Source: Octopus bimaculoides (taxonomy: Eukaryota). Taken from it: a stretch of 32,717 nucleotides of DNA. A program made the position numbers and the translations under genes. The DNA lies in NCBI RefSeq assembly GCF_001194135.2, contig NC_068983.1, positions 131,142,958 through 131,175,674 of the forward strand, in the 5' to 3' direction. Below, piece by piece: positions 11,500 to 22,075 of the stretch. Below the pieces are notes generated by a model. It ran no database searches. It was not told where the DNA came from and worked only from the letters and a program-made list of their open reading frames with translations. The stretch's first letter is position 1. The number at the start of each line of letters is the position of its first letter.

Positions 11500-11760
11500 T
11501 ATATATTCCTTTACATGTTCCAGTCATTTGATTGCAGCCATACTGGAGCACTGCCTTAAAAGGTTTTAGTGAAAGAAACCAACCCCAGGACTTATTCTTT
11601 ATAAGCCTAGTACTTATTCTAGCGGTCTCTTTTGCCAAAATGCTAATTTATGGGGATGTAAACACACCAAAATCAGTTGTCAGGCAGTGGTTGGTGGGGA
11701 CAAACACAGACACAAAGATACACACACACAAATATACATACTTACATGCATACATACATA
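11500..11760 (-). mobile_element. SINE-like repeat family C, 3' half with microsatellite spacer
   Basis: CAGTCATTTGATTGCAGCCATACTGGAGCACTGCC...CCCCAGGACTTATTCTTT.TAAGCCTAGTACTTATTCTA...GGGGACAAACACAGACAC. Recalled as a common octopus repeat; a partial second copy is at 455-545. Confidence 0.65.
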
Positions 11761-11801
11761 TATACATATATATATAACTGTATCTTATACACACACACAC
11801 A

Positions 11802-11849
<48 letters not shown>

Positions 11850-11956
11850 NNNNNNNNNNNNNNNNNNNNNNNNNNNNNNNNNNNNNNNNNNNNNNNNNNN
11901 NNNNNNNNNNNNNNNNNNNNNNNNNNNNNNNNNNNNNNNNNNNNNNNNNNNNNNNN
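11850..11956. other. Assembly gap
   Basis: N run within (TA)n. Confidence 1.
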
Positions 11957-11965
11957 ATATATATA

Positions 11966-12445
11966 CTTTATTAATAAAGCTGCCAAGACATCCCAAAAAC
12001 TGTTACTCAGAGTTTCACATTCCTATTCATCAGACAGTTTTGAATGAGAATCACCATCAACCCAATTATATAACAGGTTGTACTGGATTACATATTTCCA
12101 GTAACCCACAAATACACAATGCTATCAGATATATTTATACAGACCCATTCACATACATGCACGCATCTATCTATCTATCTATTCATCTCCCTCTCCCTCT
12201 CTCTCTTTATATATATATATATATATATTGAGAGAGAGAGAGAGAAATAAATACGGATATATAAAATGATGAAAGAAGTGAATATATTCTCAACCAAAAC
12301 TGCCCAACGAATGGGAACATGAAATTCTGAGTAACAGTTTTTGTAATGTTTTGCATCTTTATTAATAAAGCATATTACTTTATCTCCGGTATTTGAGTGC
12401 TATTTTTACCACCTTGTTTCACATTTATGTACTTACTCTGGTATG
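11966..12445. mobile_element. Inverted-repeat (MITE-like) element enclosing copy 2 of the local duplication
   Basis: Arms 11966-12051 and 12286-12370 are inverted repeats (about 83%: 14 mismatches plus 1 gap in 86), both carrying the palindrome CTTTATTAATAAAG. The interior 12058-12275 matches 10728-11019. The extent to 12445 rests on my recall of the repeat. Confidence 0.75.
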
Positions 12446-12454
12446 CATATATAT

Positions 12455-12835
12455 CATTCATCAACAGGTGCTTGCGTAGTATACTTAAAATCAGATGGCT
12501 CGAACACAAAAGCAATATGGAGCTATGGCAAAGAACGAATCAAGTTTCGATTAGGGAGCAAATATTTAAGAAAAAGTGCAAGTGGATTGGTAGCACAATT
12601 AGAAAGGACACACCAAATGTAGTAGTGAAAAGTGCTTTACAGTGGAATCCGGATGGATATAGAAAGAGGGGTAGGCCTAAGAACTCGTGGCGTAGATCAA
12701 CACAAAAGGAACTAGAGAAAGGGGAACATTCATGGCAGAGTATAAGTACAGAAGCAAAAAATTATGCAACATGAATCCCATTATAAGTGGCCTATACTCT
12801 GCATTGGAGGGTTAAAGGCAAGAAAGACACTCTAA
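12455..12835 (+). mobile_element. 5'-truncated RTE-clade LINE 3' end
   Basis: FINRCLRSILKIRW...SNMELWQRTNQ...KWIGSTIRK...ALQWNPDGYRKRGRPKNSWRRS is the typical RTE ORF C-terminus (W.GH.LR...AL.W.P.G.R.RGRP..TW). Confidence 0.9.
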
Positions 12836-12839
12836 ATTG

Positions 12840-13012
12840 TTTATATTTCTACAATAAACATTTCAATTTTTTTTTTTACACAATTCCTGATAATATTTAA
12901 TTATAAAAATGCAATAGGATTTTTTTTATATACATCAAATTGCTATGGAAGTTCAGTTGGGTAAAATAGGAATCAAAGAAATCCATAGACAAAAAATGGT
13001 TGAGAGCCACTG
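12840..13012. mobile_element. Possible hAT/Charlie-type DNA transposon end
   Basis: GGTTGAGAGCCACTG (12998-13012), reverse complement CAGTGGCTCTCAACC, resembles the Charlie-type TIR CAGTGGTTCTCAAC. No partner TIR found. Confidence 0.45.
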
Positions 13013-13040
13013 ATCTGGATTATGGCTTGGAGATAACAAT

Positions 13041-13790
13041 TTACTCAAAGTAGCCACCTTCAGCATCCATTAGGGTTTCAAGACAGATCCAAAATCTAAT
13101 GCATGCATTCCTCACTGTGTCTCTGAGAAGATCTTCAAACAACTCCTTGATTTTGGCCTCAAGCTCAGCTTTGGTGTTGCAGATAGAACAGTTGATGTCT
13201 TTCTCAACAGTGCCCCCACATATAGTATTCTATGGGATTACAATTAGGGAAAATGGGAGAGCAGAAATTTGGCTGTTGAAGTCATAGGAAATTCTTCAAC
13301 AACCACTTCTCACTCTTTCCAGATGTACGACAAGGAACCAAATTCTTCAGCTACACGTTTAGTCTTCTGATAGTAACCCTCTCTAGCCAGGGTTTGACCA
13401 GTCGCCAGCAGCCTCAAATGATCATGTCAATTGAGCCCAATGCCCTCCTCAAAGATGTTAGGATAAAGTCTGGTGTGAGGACACAATTAGAATGTCAGCT
13501 GCGTCCCTTTGTCCTTCATAGTCTCCATTGTAGCTGTCCATGTCATGTCATACAGCCTTTACAGTGTTCACTGAGCAATGAGCAGCAGCCATGATGTCAA
13601 CATTTTGATACTCACATGAAGCATCATGACACGGGTAACTTTTGCTACATTCTGATGGCTTGTAGTCCTGTCAGCTAACTTTTTCTCAACTACAACTTTA
13701 ATATTCATGCTTTCCAATATGATTGACTGTTTACCAGTATATCAAACTGTTCTGGCTAAAAAGGTGACATAAAAAAAAACATCAAACTTA
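13041..13790 (-). mobile_element. Internally deleted, decayed Tc1/mariner transposase (DD37D/maT-like)
   Basis: Minus strand: YQNVDIMAAAHCSVNTVKAV*HDMDSYNGDYE (N-terminus), then VKPWLERV...VPCRTSGKSEKWL..NF, NFCSPIFPNCNPIEYYMWG (WPPNSPDLNP-like), VEKDIN...NTKAELEAKIKE...NACIRF...LETLMDAEGGYFE* (stop at 13041-13043). The DD37D assignment rests on recalled consensus spacing. Confidence 0.85.
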
Positions 13791-13801
13791 GCACAAACTT
13801 C

Positions 13802-13804
<3 letters not shown>

Positions 13805-13862
<58 letters not shown>
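13805..13862. repeat. (TG)n microsatellite
   Basis: Direct inspection. Confidence 0.95.
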
Positions 13863-13864
<2 letters not shown>

Positions 13865-15454
13865 CGTGTTTTAAGTTCTATTTACCTGTCAGCATCACCA
13901 AACCTATATATACATAGATTATATAGAAATATAGATTACATACATACCTATACACACACAGAGACACATATATATTGTTCCTACATTCATTATATTCCTC
14001 ATTCATTACATTCCTTTATTATAAATTCCCTCATTCATAATATTCCTTTAGTCATTATATGTCTTCATTCTTTATGTTCCTTCAGTACTTTCTTTCACTC
14101 ATTATATTCCTACCTTCATTCATCTAACATTCATTGATTGGTTTATTAATTTTTTTCCTCTATTCATTTATTTATTCACTTTCTTGGTAGGAGGAGGACT
14201 TGTTCATGTGTTTATTTAGTTATAAATCTGTGAATCAACATTATGGCTATTATAAGTTATTGTCTGGCAGAGGTAGGCAGAAAGATAGAGTGTTGATGGG
14301 GAAGTTGTCTTTGCAGAATTGGCAGTGATAGTAGTAGTAGTGTAAGTGGTAGCAGCTGTAGTATTCCTAGTGGTGGTTTTCAACTTTGAACTTTGGCATT
14401 CTGTAGTGGTTTACTGGCGGGCAAGAATGATGATGTTCATGAGAAGACTCTGCGTGTACATGAGGATCAGCTAGCTGGTTTGTTCAGGAGGACTTTTGAG
14501 CTGAGACCCATGGATGATTTCCAAAAATCTCTGAACTGGCAGTGTTACAGAGGAGCACTACTTGTTCAAGAAAAACTCTATAGGCATGGTAATCTGGTAT
14601 TAATAGCAGTGTTCATGGTGTTTGTAGTTGTGGTCATGGTAGAGGTGGTTATGGTATTAGTAGAAGTGGTTGCAGAAATAGTACTGATGGTTGTGATATT
14701 TGTAGTGTTTGTTGAGATGTTAATAGAGGTGGTGATTAGCAATGGTTGTTAGTAATGGGGATAGCAGTGATGCTGTGACTAGATTATTTTAGAAAGGAAT
14801 CTTTAATGATAGGTATGGGGCTTATTGATTGAATTAGGAAGATAGCGATATTAATAGACACACCTATTCATAGCAAGCTAGCAAGCAAGTAAGCCAATGA
14901 GCAAGCAAGCTAGCTTGCTAGTTTGTTGTCTGTTTGTCTGCCTGCCTGCCTGCCTGCCTGCCTATCGATCTATCTATCTATCTATCTATCTATCTACCTA
15001 TCTATCTATCTAAGTGTTAAAAGCTTTAGAAGTTATTGTTCAATCCTGAATGTGGAAAAGAAGAATAGCCCTGCTTTCACTAGATATGTATGGTACTTGG
15101 AAAACCAATGAGTCTACCATTTTACTATCAACTTGTCAAATCATAGACTGCAATAGTCCTTACATTAATGGAGCCAGAGTGCAACCCAAATACTACAATT
15201 AAATTGCATTTGATAATCGAAGAAACTGATATCTTAAAAAAAGACACAGAAAAGAAATCAAAACCTAAAATAAATAAAGCCTAATTAATCAGGTTTTATT
15301 ATAAATGAGACTAAGATGATATTTGCATTATGTTGTTCCACAGCAATAAAATTTGCTTTGTTGACATACCATCAAGCAAATCCAGTTGATTTACTGGAAA
15401 ATTAGTTAATAATTTCACACACACCCCTCCCTCAACACACACACATACATCCAA

Positions 15455-15560
15455 AGAAGACAATAGAGCCTGGCGTAGGCAATCCTCCAGCTTGTGAGTT
15501 CCTGTCCAACTTGTGCCAGCATGGAAAATTTTGGAAAATGGATGTTAAATGATGATATAG
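15455..15560 (+). mobile_element. RTE-type LINE/SINE 3' tail fragment
   Basis: GTCCAACTTGTGCCAGCATGGAAAA...GGATGTTAAATGATGAT, shared with 20470-20513. Confidence 0.6.
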
Positions 15561-15682
15561 ATAGACAGATATACATATGCAGGCATACATACATACATAT
15601 GTATATATTCCACGTCTGCAGCAAGTCATAGCATGAAGAACCAAAAATATCCTGTGAGATATCATTACCAACAGGCATTGTA

Positions 15683-15715
<33 letters not shown>

Positions 15716-15730
15716 CATTGGCCCTCTTTG

Positions 15731-16095
15731 TGTTGTTGTTGTTGGCACTCCGTCGATTACGACGTCGAGGGTTCCAGTTGATCTGATCAACAGAACAGCC
15801 TGCTCGTGAAATTAACGTGCCAGTGGCTGAGCACTCCACAGACACGTGTACCCTTAACGTAGTTCTCGGAGATATTCAGCGTAAGACAGTATGACAAGGC
15901 TGACCCTTTGAATTACAGGCACAACAGAAACAGGAAGTAAGAGTGAGAGAAAGTTGTGGTGAAAGAGTACAGCAGGGTTCGCTACCATCCCCTGCCGGAG
16001 CCTTGTGGAGCTTTAGGTGATTTTGCTCAATAAACACTCACAACGCCCTATGACCGCGAGTCCGCTGCCCTAACCACTGGGCCATTGCGCCTCCA
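15731..16095 (-). mobile_element. tRNA-derived SINE family B, near full length, B box deleted, (AAC)n tail
   Basis: 5' end TGGAGGCGCAATGGCCCAGTGGTTAGGGCAGCGGAC contains an A box. High identity to 32376-32717 except for a 25-nt deletion at 16048/16049. Confidence 0.9.
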
Positions 16096-16129
16096 CTCCT
16101 CTTTGTGTAGATATGTGATAAACGAAATA

Positions 16130-16255
16130 TCACCAATGTCGCTGCCATCGTTATCAACGTTATCCTCGTCGTCATCATCGACGTCGTCATCATCGACGTC
16201 GTCATCGCCGTCACCATCATCATTGTCATCATTATCGTCATCATCATCATTATAT
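16130..16255. repeat. (CAT/CGT)n trinucleotide tract
   Basis: Direct inspection; the Asp-rich and Ser-rich ORFs are compositional. Confidence 0.9.
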
Positions 16256-17256
16256 CGGTACACTGACGTCTCTTGTTTTTTTGTTTTTACCTGATAGAAA
16301 CTGAAATAGAAATCTATTGTCTTTCATTTTCGTCTGCGACGCACGGATATTTTTTGGCAGAAAATTTCCTGTGCACTCACATACACACACTTGTGGGTAA
16401 TGGATGTTTATATACACATTCACATACATAATCACGTACATATTCTGCAAATATATCTACATATGTAAAAGTATTGTGTTTGTGTATGTGTGTATGTGTG
16501 TGTGGGTGTCTATGCGAGTGTATGTGTAGACAGACAGACTTAGATATTTGTCGTGAGACAATTCCCTAAATTAATATGTAGCCATTCTTATCCGTGTGAG
16601 ATAGCTGTGAAATTCTTCTACGGCTTCCATTGTAATTTCTTTACATTTTTATAGACAGATAAACAAACGTAAAAGACGGCTATTAATGCCATTGTATTAA
16701 TGTTACAACATAAAGATAGGCTTGGAAGTATTCGTAATTTTATTTGTTGTTGTTGTTGTTGTCGTCGCTGTCGTTGTTGTTATTGTTGCAATTAACCTTA
16801 GGTCAGCCATGACAGAGCGGACTTAGTTTCAACTTCTTTCCTTTTTTCAGCAGCGTAATTTGAGTTAGTTTTTCCTATGTCTAGCATTTTGAGCAACCAT
16901 GTAGAGTTCCTTACATTATGCTTTTTTCTCCTTGTTCCTGCTGTTGCTGTTGCTTAACCTTAGTCAGTCAAAATCAAATAAAAGAACCGAGATCAGAAAT
17001 GTCCTAGCTGTGATCATATGGCTTTTTCCCCCGGATATTGTATATCTGAGAGTATATTATAAATTCTGTTATTATTTAGGGATTGTCATATTTTTTGCCA
17101 GTTAACCATATGCATTTGGTCTTCACTTCAGCTTTATTATTGTTAACATTATTTTAGTGACTTCTTCAGAATGGACTGAACAGAACAGGAGGAGACATGT
17201 GAAATGGAGAGTCGCTGAAGCGGTCACAGGTTGTGCAACGAAAAATTTCAAAGAAC

Positions 17257-17570
17257 ATTAGCGTCTGTGTTCCATGGGTTGGACGGTTTGACTGAAACTG
17301 GTAAACTGGAGGGTTGTACCAGGTTCCAATCTGATTTGGCATGGTTTCTACGGTTGGATGCCCTTCTTAATGCCAACCACTTCAAGATTGAAATGGGTAC
17401 TTTTTACGTGCCACCGGCACGAAGTGCTACTTACATGGCCACAACTACGATTTCTCTTAGTTTGACGGGTCTTCTCAAGCACAGCATATAGCCAATGGTC
17501 TCGGTCACTTATCTCCTCCGTGAGTCCCAACGTTCGAAAGTTGCTTTTTATGTACCAGCGGCATGGATGC
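17257..17570 (-). mobile_element. SINE-like repeat family D
   Basis: The reverse complement contains GTGGTTGGCATTAAGAAGGGCATCCAACCGTAGAAACCATGCCAAATCAGA...CCAACCCATGGAACACAGACGCTAAT, matching 20331-20513. Confidence 0.75.
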
Positions 17571-17749
17571 CTGTTAGGTGACACCCGCATCAGAGGTTTC
17601 CGACACGCACACATCGGAATAGCGTCTAAGAGATGTTGGGTACGAAATATGACATGTAAACATACAAAGTGTTCGTTTCAGTTATGACTATTATGCACCA
17701 GTTAAAAGGAACTATAGTCAATAGTATGCACCTCTGGCGATTACCCACT

Positions 17750-18172
17750 CCTACCATAATACACAGAGAAACGTGTGATCAAGTTTACAGTCCATGATAT
17801 TTCACCTGACACAAAACTTCAGTACTTTGAAATGCAACTGAAACACAGAGAGGTACAAAATAAATAAATAAATAAATAAATAAAATAAAATAAAACTTCT
17901 TAACTCTCCTCAACTGGTAAGAAATTCAGCTCCAGCATCAGATGTTACTGACACCTGTTGTCTTGTAAACGGCTCCTTTCTGTATTAGCTTAACCACTGA
18001 TAACCAAATAATGAGTGTTATGAGAAAAGGAAGAAGGCCTATGTGCCTTACGTGTGGTAGTATCGAAAATCAGAAAGGTTTCTGTTCTAAAGGGAGGAGT
18101 ATAAAACTTCCTTGCTGCCAAGACTACAGTCGTAGTTACATTAAAAGGAAAGCGAGTAGCAACAAGAGCTAA
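17750..18172 (+). mobile_element. Probable decayed LINE ORF1/gag relic with a degenerate CCHC zinc knuckle
   Basis: ORF 18011-18172 reads RKGRRPMCLTCGSIENQKGFCSK, i.e. C-x2-C-x4-N-x4-C (His replaced by Asn; CAT to AAT would be one change) preceded by GRRP. Confidence 0.45.
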
Positions 18173-18566
18173 AAAAAGAAAACAAAATGTCACACGCAAA
18201 GCAGCAAAAGGCGCCGTCACTTTTGAAGAAGAGCCTCATGGGAATACTCTTCTCTTCGCTGATAAATTAATACAAGTAGTAATGCCATATACATGCACTA
18301 AGCAGCATTTGACTTCCCTTCTGACGCTCATTAAATGAGGAGAAGCAGGAGGAGAACACTGGAGAATGGTATGTCATGGGAATAACCAAGAGAAAGAAAA
18401 AGAGAAGATTATCATCTCACTATAATAACTAAAAACAGTGGAAGGAAGTACCAAGGGCCTCCAACTCAGTCATCCGAAGACACAACAAACGCAACCAACA
18501 CAACAAAAACAATCAGATACTCAATAACACCCAAATATGTAATCACACCACGAACAAACGCGCGCG

Positions 18567-18619
<53 letters not shown>

Positions 18620-19549
18620 AACCTCATAAAAAAACAACAACAAAACAATAGCTATAAGAAATCTCAGGACCTAATTGGCCCTTAGAATAGATGTAGTTAT
18701 AAATGTAGTTATTAATCAATAAGGGGTTTCTGACACGCACATACCGAACCAGTTATGAAACATATGCATAGCGTAGCCGTCTTGAAGTGGGAAAGTGGCA
18801 GTGTTGATTGAGAAAGCTCTGGATCTTGAGGTAAGATCAGTTTTCTTTGACTCTTTACTCTCACTTTGTTCAGTGAACTGACCTGCCAAAGTGATTGATA
18901 AGTGGTTCGTTTCGTTAGCTCACGTTCAGCTTCTTTTGAGAATATTATCATAGAGAGGCCTAAACTTTGATAACACTAATATGTGTGAAGACAAATCCTT
19001 CATATTACAGATATTAGTATATATTTTCTATAAGATATTCTGAAATATTCCTGAAGTAAAAATGTTGGTGAACTGGCAAACAGGACTAAAGCACGTACAT
19101 GTCTCCTTATCCGTTGAGCTAAACGACTGCTAAGTGACATTAGCTTGAGTTTCCTGGCGGTGGAGTGGACGAATATTAAATCTCATTTTGTATAAATCAT
19201 AACTGCGTTGGATGAATTATCAGAAATTTACCGAGAATAATTAGATTATCTCAGACACACGAACTTAAGATTACGTCTGAAATGCAGAAAGAAGCGATTA
19301 TTTAATCAAATAACTTAATACTAGAGATCTAGAAAACTAATCTGCAAAAGATTATTTCATCTAATATTAGATTAAAAATTCTTCGGTGAATAAATATAAA
19401 ATTTCAAAAATTTCTCGATAATACCATAGGCAATTAATTAAAGACCCTAAGCAGGTTGTCCTGTCATTTATGATATGAACAAAATAAATGTATGAAGCAA
19501 GAATATCCACATTTAACAAAAATACAAGAAGAAAACTTTATTAACAAAC

Positions 19550-19682
19550 CTTGTCGAATTTTTTTAGCGTTTCAATACCTTTCATCCTGTTGTCCCACTT
19601 CAGCCTCGGTGAGTCGGGCCAGGGATCGATGTATTCAAAAACTGTTGCGGGTGGTGCATTCACTGTCATTTCAGCTTTATAT
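19550..19682 (-). CDS. Internal coding exon of a START-domain lipid-transfer protein (STARD4/5/6-like)
   Basis: Acceptor TTTTCTTTCTTCCGTTCAG, donor AAG/GTTTGT. 133 nt = 1 nt + 44 codons: YKAEMTVNAPPATVFEYIDPWPDSPRLKWDNRMKGIETLKKFDK. Aligns with human STARD5 YRGEGIV...VWDCVKP...LRVKWDENVTGFEIIQSITD and STARD4 YKAQG...RPGPCRLDWD as I recall them. Length and phases (2/0) agree with my recollection of STARD5 exon 3. Confidence 0.85.
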
Positions 19683-20128
19683 CTGAACGGAAGAAAGAAA
19701 ACTTATGTGAGGTATAAAAGTAATGCACTGCGTGAGAATTTTTGTAAGGTTTTTGAAAAAAATCTTATATTTGATGCAAATGATTATAAATTCATTTAGC
19801 AAGGTCGGGTCTTCCAAACAGGATGAAAAAATAAAAATATTATAATCAATATTTTCATACGAGCAGAAAGATTTGCGTTTACTGTCTACCAAGCTCTTTA
19901 AATATTATATATATTTTACGGGTTCATAAATATAGGTACGTTTTAGTAACTAGAATATGAAAGAAATCTCAGGTAATAATAATGAAGACAAAACTAGTTT
20001 ATTTGTATCTGATTCCAAACTGCTGAAATCTCTGTGGTTTAACCTCGGGGCCTAATTTCACAATACGTTAAAATAAATTAAATATATAGATTTGACGCAC
20101 TTTCTCTCTCTCTTTCTTTCTCCACCCC

Positions 20129-20161
<33 letters not shown>

Positions 20162-20171
20162 ACCTAACTGT

Positions 20172-20311
<140 letters not shown>

Positions 20312-20330
20312 CATACATACATACATACAA

Positions 20331-20513
20331 GGCGTTACGTAAAAGCACCCAGCACACTATGTTAAGTAGTTGGCGTTAGGAAGGACATCCAGCCGGAGAA
20401 ACCATGCCAAATCTGACAGGAGTCTTGTGCAGCCCCTCATTCCAGCTTGCCAGCCCTGATCACACCTCCAATCCATGCCAGCATGGACAACGGGGATTAA
20501 ATGATGATGATGA
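20331..20513 (+). mobile_element. SINE-like repeat family D with RTE-type tail and (GAT)n end
   Basis: AAAAGCACCC...GTTGGCGTTAGGAAGGACATCCAGCCGGAGAAACCATGCCAAATC...CCATGCCAGCATGGACAACGG..TTAAATGATGATGATGA. Confidence 0.8.
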
Positions 20514-20993
20514 TATATACGCGCGTGTGTGTGTGTGTGTACACAAACACACACATACACGTAATCTACTGGTATTGACGCTATAGTAATATTGTACTAT
20601 TTTGAAATGAATTGTGCCAGTCACGATTTTATTTGCATTTTTAAAGAGCAGCTTTATACTGTTGTCTCTCGGCCGTTTAGAAAGTAGAAATACATGATCT
20701 ACAAAATGTCTACAAAACTCCAAAGTAGCTCTTTAGATCTCTATTTTCAGTTACTGAAAGCCTGGTGGTTTTACAAATCAGTTATTATTTTTCTGATCTT
20801 CTCAAAACTAGTTTTGAGCCTCTACTTGTTTGCGTTGCTGAAATTAGAATTCAAATTTTCCTCAAATCGGCGTCTAAAGTCTCAGAAATTTAAGGATGCT
20901 CTGAACAATTCATTCCTGGTTTACAAAACGACCTGAGATGATAGCTGAATTACTATATATTATAGATATGCTTATTCAGGGTTTTTTTATTAT

Positions 20994-21155
20994 TTATGAC
21001 CGGGTTCCCACTCGGGTTGTAGCAACAAAGTCCACTCGCCACACTTCTCGCTCCTTCATCACTGCCTCGAGGTCCTAAATACGTTCCAGGCCAGTGTCCG
21101 CAATCAAATTGTCGATGTAAGTTTGACGATGTTTTCTTCTTATATCATCACCATG
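20994..21155 (-). mobile_element. Short 3' fragment of a second RTE-like LINE
   Basis: HGDDIRRKHRQTYIDNLIADTGLERI*DLEAVMKEREVWRVDFVATTRVGTRS* resembles RTE C-termini (HG.R.RGR...TYID.L..DTGL....L..AM.DR..WR). Confidence 0.7.
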
Positions 21156-21984
21156 AAGTGATTTCAACAATACTAATTAAAAAAATATATATCAGGGTTG
21201 ACCTGGGACCAAACAATAAAAATAATGACATTCTTCACTTCAACTGAGAGTATCATAAAAGAAATTATTGTTGTCGAATACCTCCGTAAGAAATTACGAC
21301 TTCCACTGCCAGGTGGCCGTCAGAGAAGTCCATTCAAAATCAGATCTGAGTAAAACTTTCACTACTTCACACTTTTGATCGGAATAACATGGTTGTCGAA
21401 ACCTCCCATATGCTTCTCTCCTGAACACAGACGCAGGCGTGCTCACTCACACGCGCACACACACACATTACCAAGGGACTGGAATTTTAATAATTTGTCA
21501 CGTTTCATGTCAGTAAATTGCTGAGAAAGATCAACCCGTTTTCACACTGATGTTTACACATCTGAAAATAGTATCTTCAATTTAAATTGAAAGATTTTTT
21601 AAAGGTTAGTTGACATTTTTGTGACGCTGGTTAAATAGTACGGTATATTACAATGAAAATTAGGTTAAAATTCGATAAGAAATATTACCTAATTACTTGG
21701 CTGAAACTAATTACTAAGTTTAAACTTTCTTTCATTTCTTACAATTTACCTAATTACTGTGGCTTTAACTGTTTAAATTCCTCTCCATATTTCTGAAATT
21801 TGAAAAGAATTTTTAAAGAAATTAAATAACAATAAACTTTCACCAAACAACGAAGTTAATATATTCCATATTATGGACTTATCACTACCTTTTACATAAC
21901 TCGAGTTTGACCTACATTGAAGAACTGATTAGAAGACCGTGGACCTTGATTATGCTCACTCATATATATATATATATATATATA

Positions 21985-22075
21985 NNNNNNNNNNNNNNNN
22001 NNNNNNNNNNNNNNNNNNNNNNNNNNNNNNNNNNNNNNNNNNNNNNNNNNNNNNNNNNNNNNNNNNNNNNNNNNN
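21985..22075. other. Assembly gap
   Basis: N run between (TA)n and (CA)n. Confidence 1.

Noticed and set aside
14393-14752. 119-aa ORF
   Set aside because: Half is a Val-rich triplet tract; the rest has no recognisable domain or splice context.
14870-14920. 16-bp palindrome AGCAAGCTAGCTTGCT
   Set aside because: Arises from adjacent (GCAA) and (TTGC/CTGC) simple repeats.
15164-15232. Minus-strand segment with strong acceptor and GTAAGG donor, ending LGCTLAPL like STARD5 exon 5
   Set aside because: In-frame TAG directly upstream of the match; length and phase do not fit.
19579-19682. Shorter 104-nt version of the START exon
   Set aside because: Homology continues in frame to the donor at 19550 and the 133-nt form fits the expected phase; kept only as a possible alternative donor.
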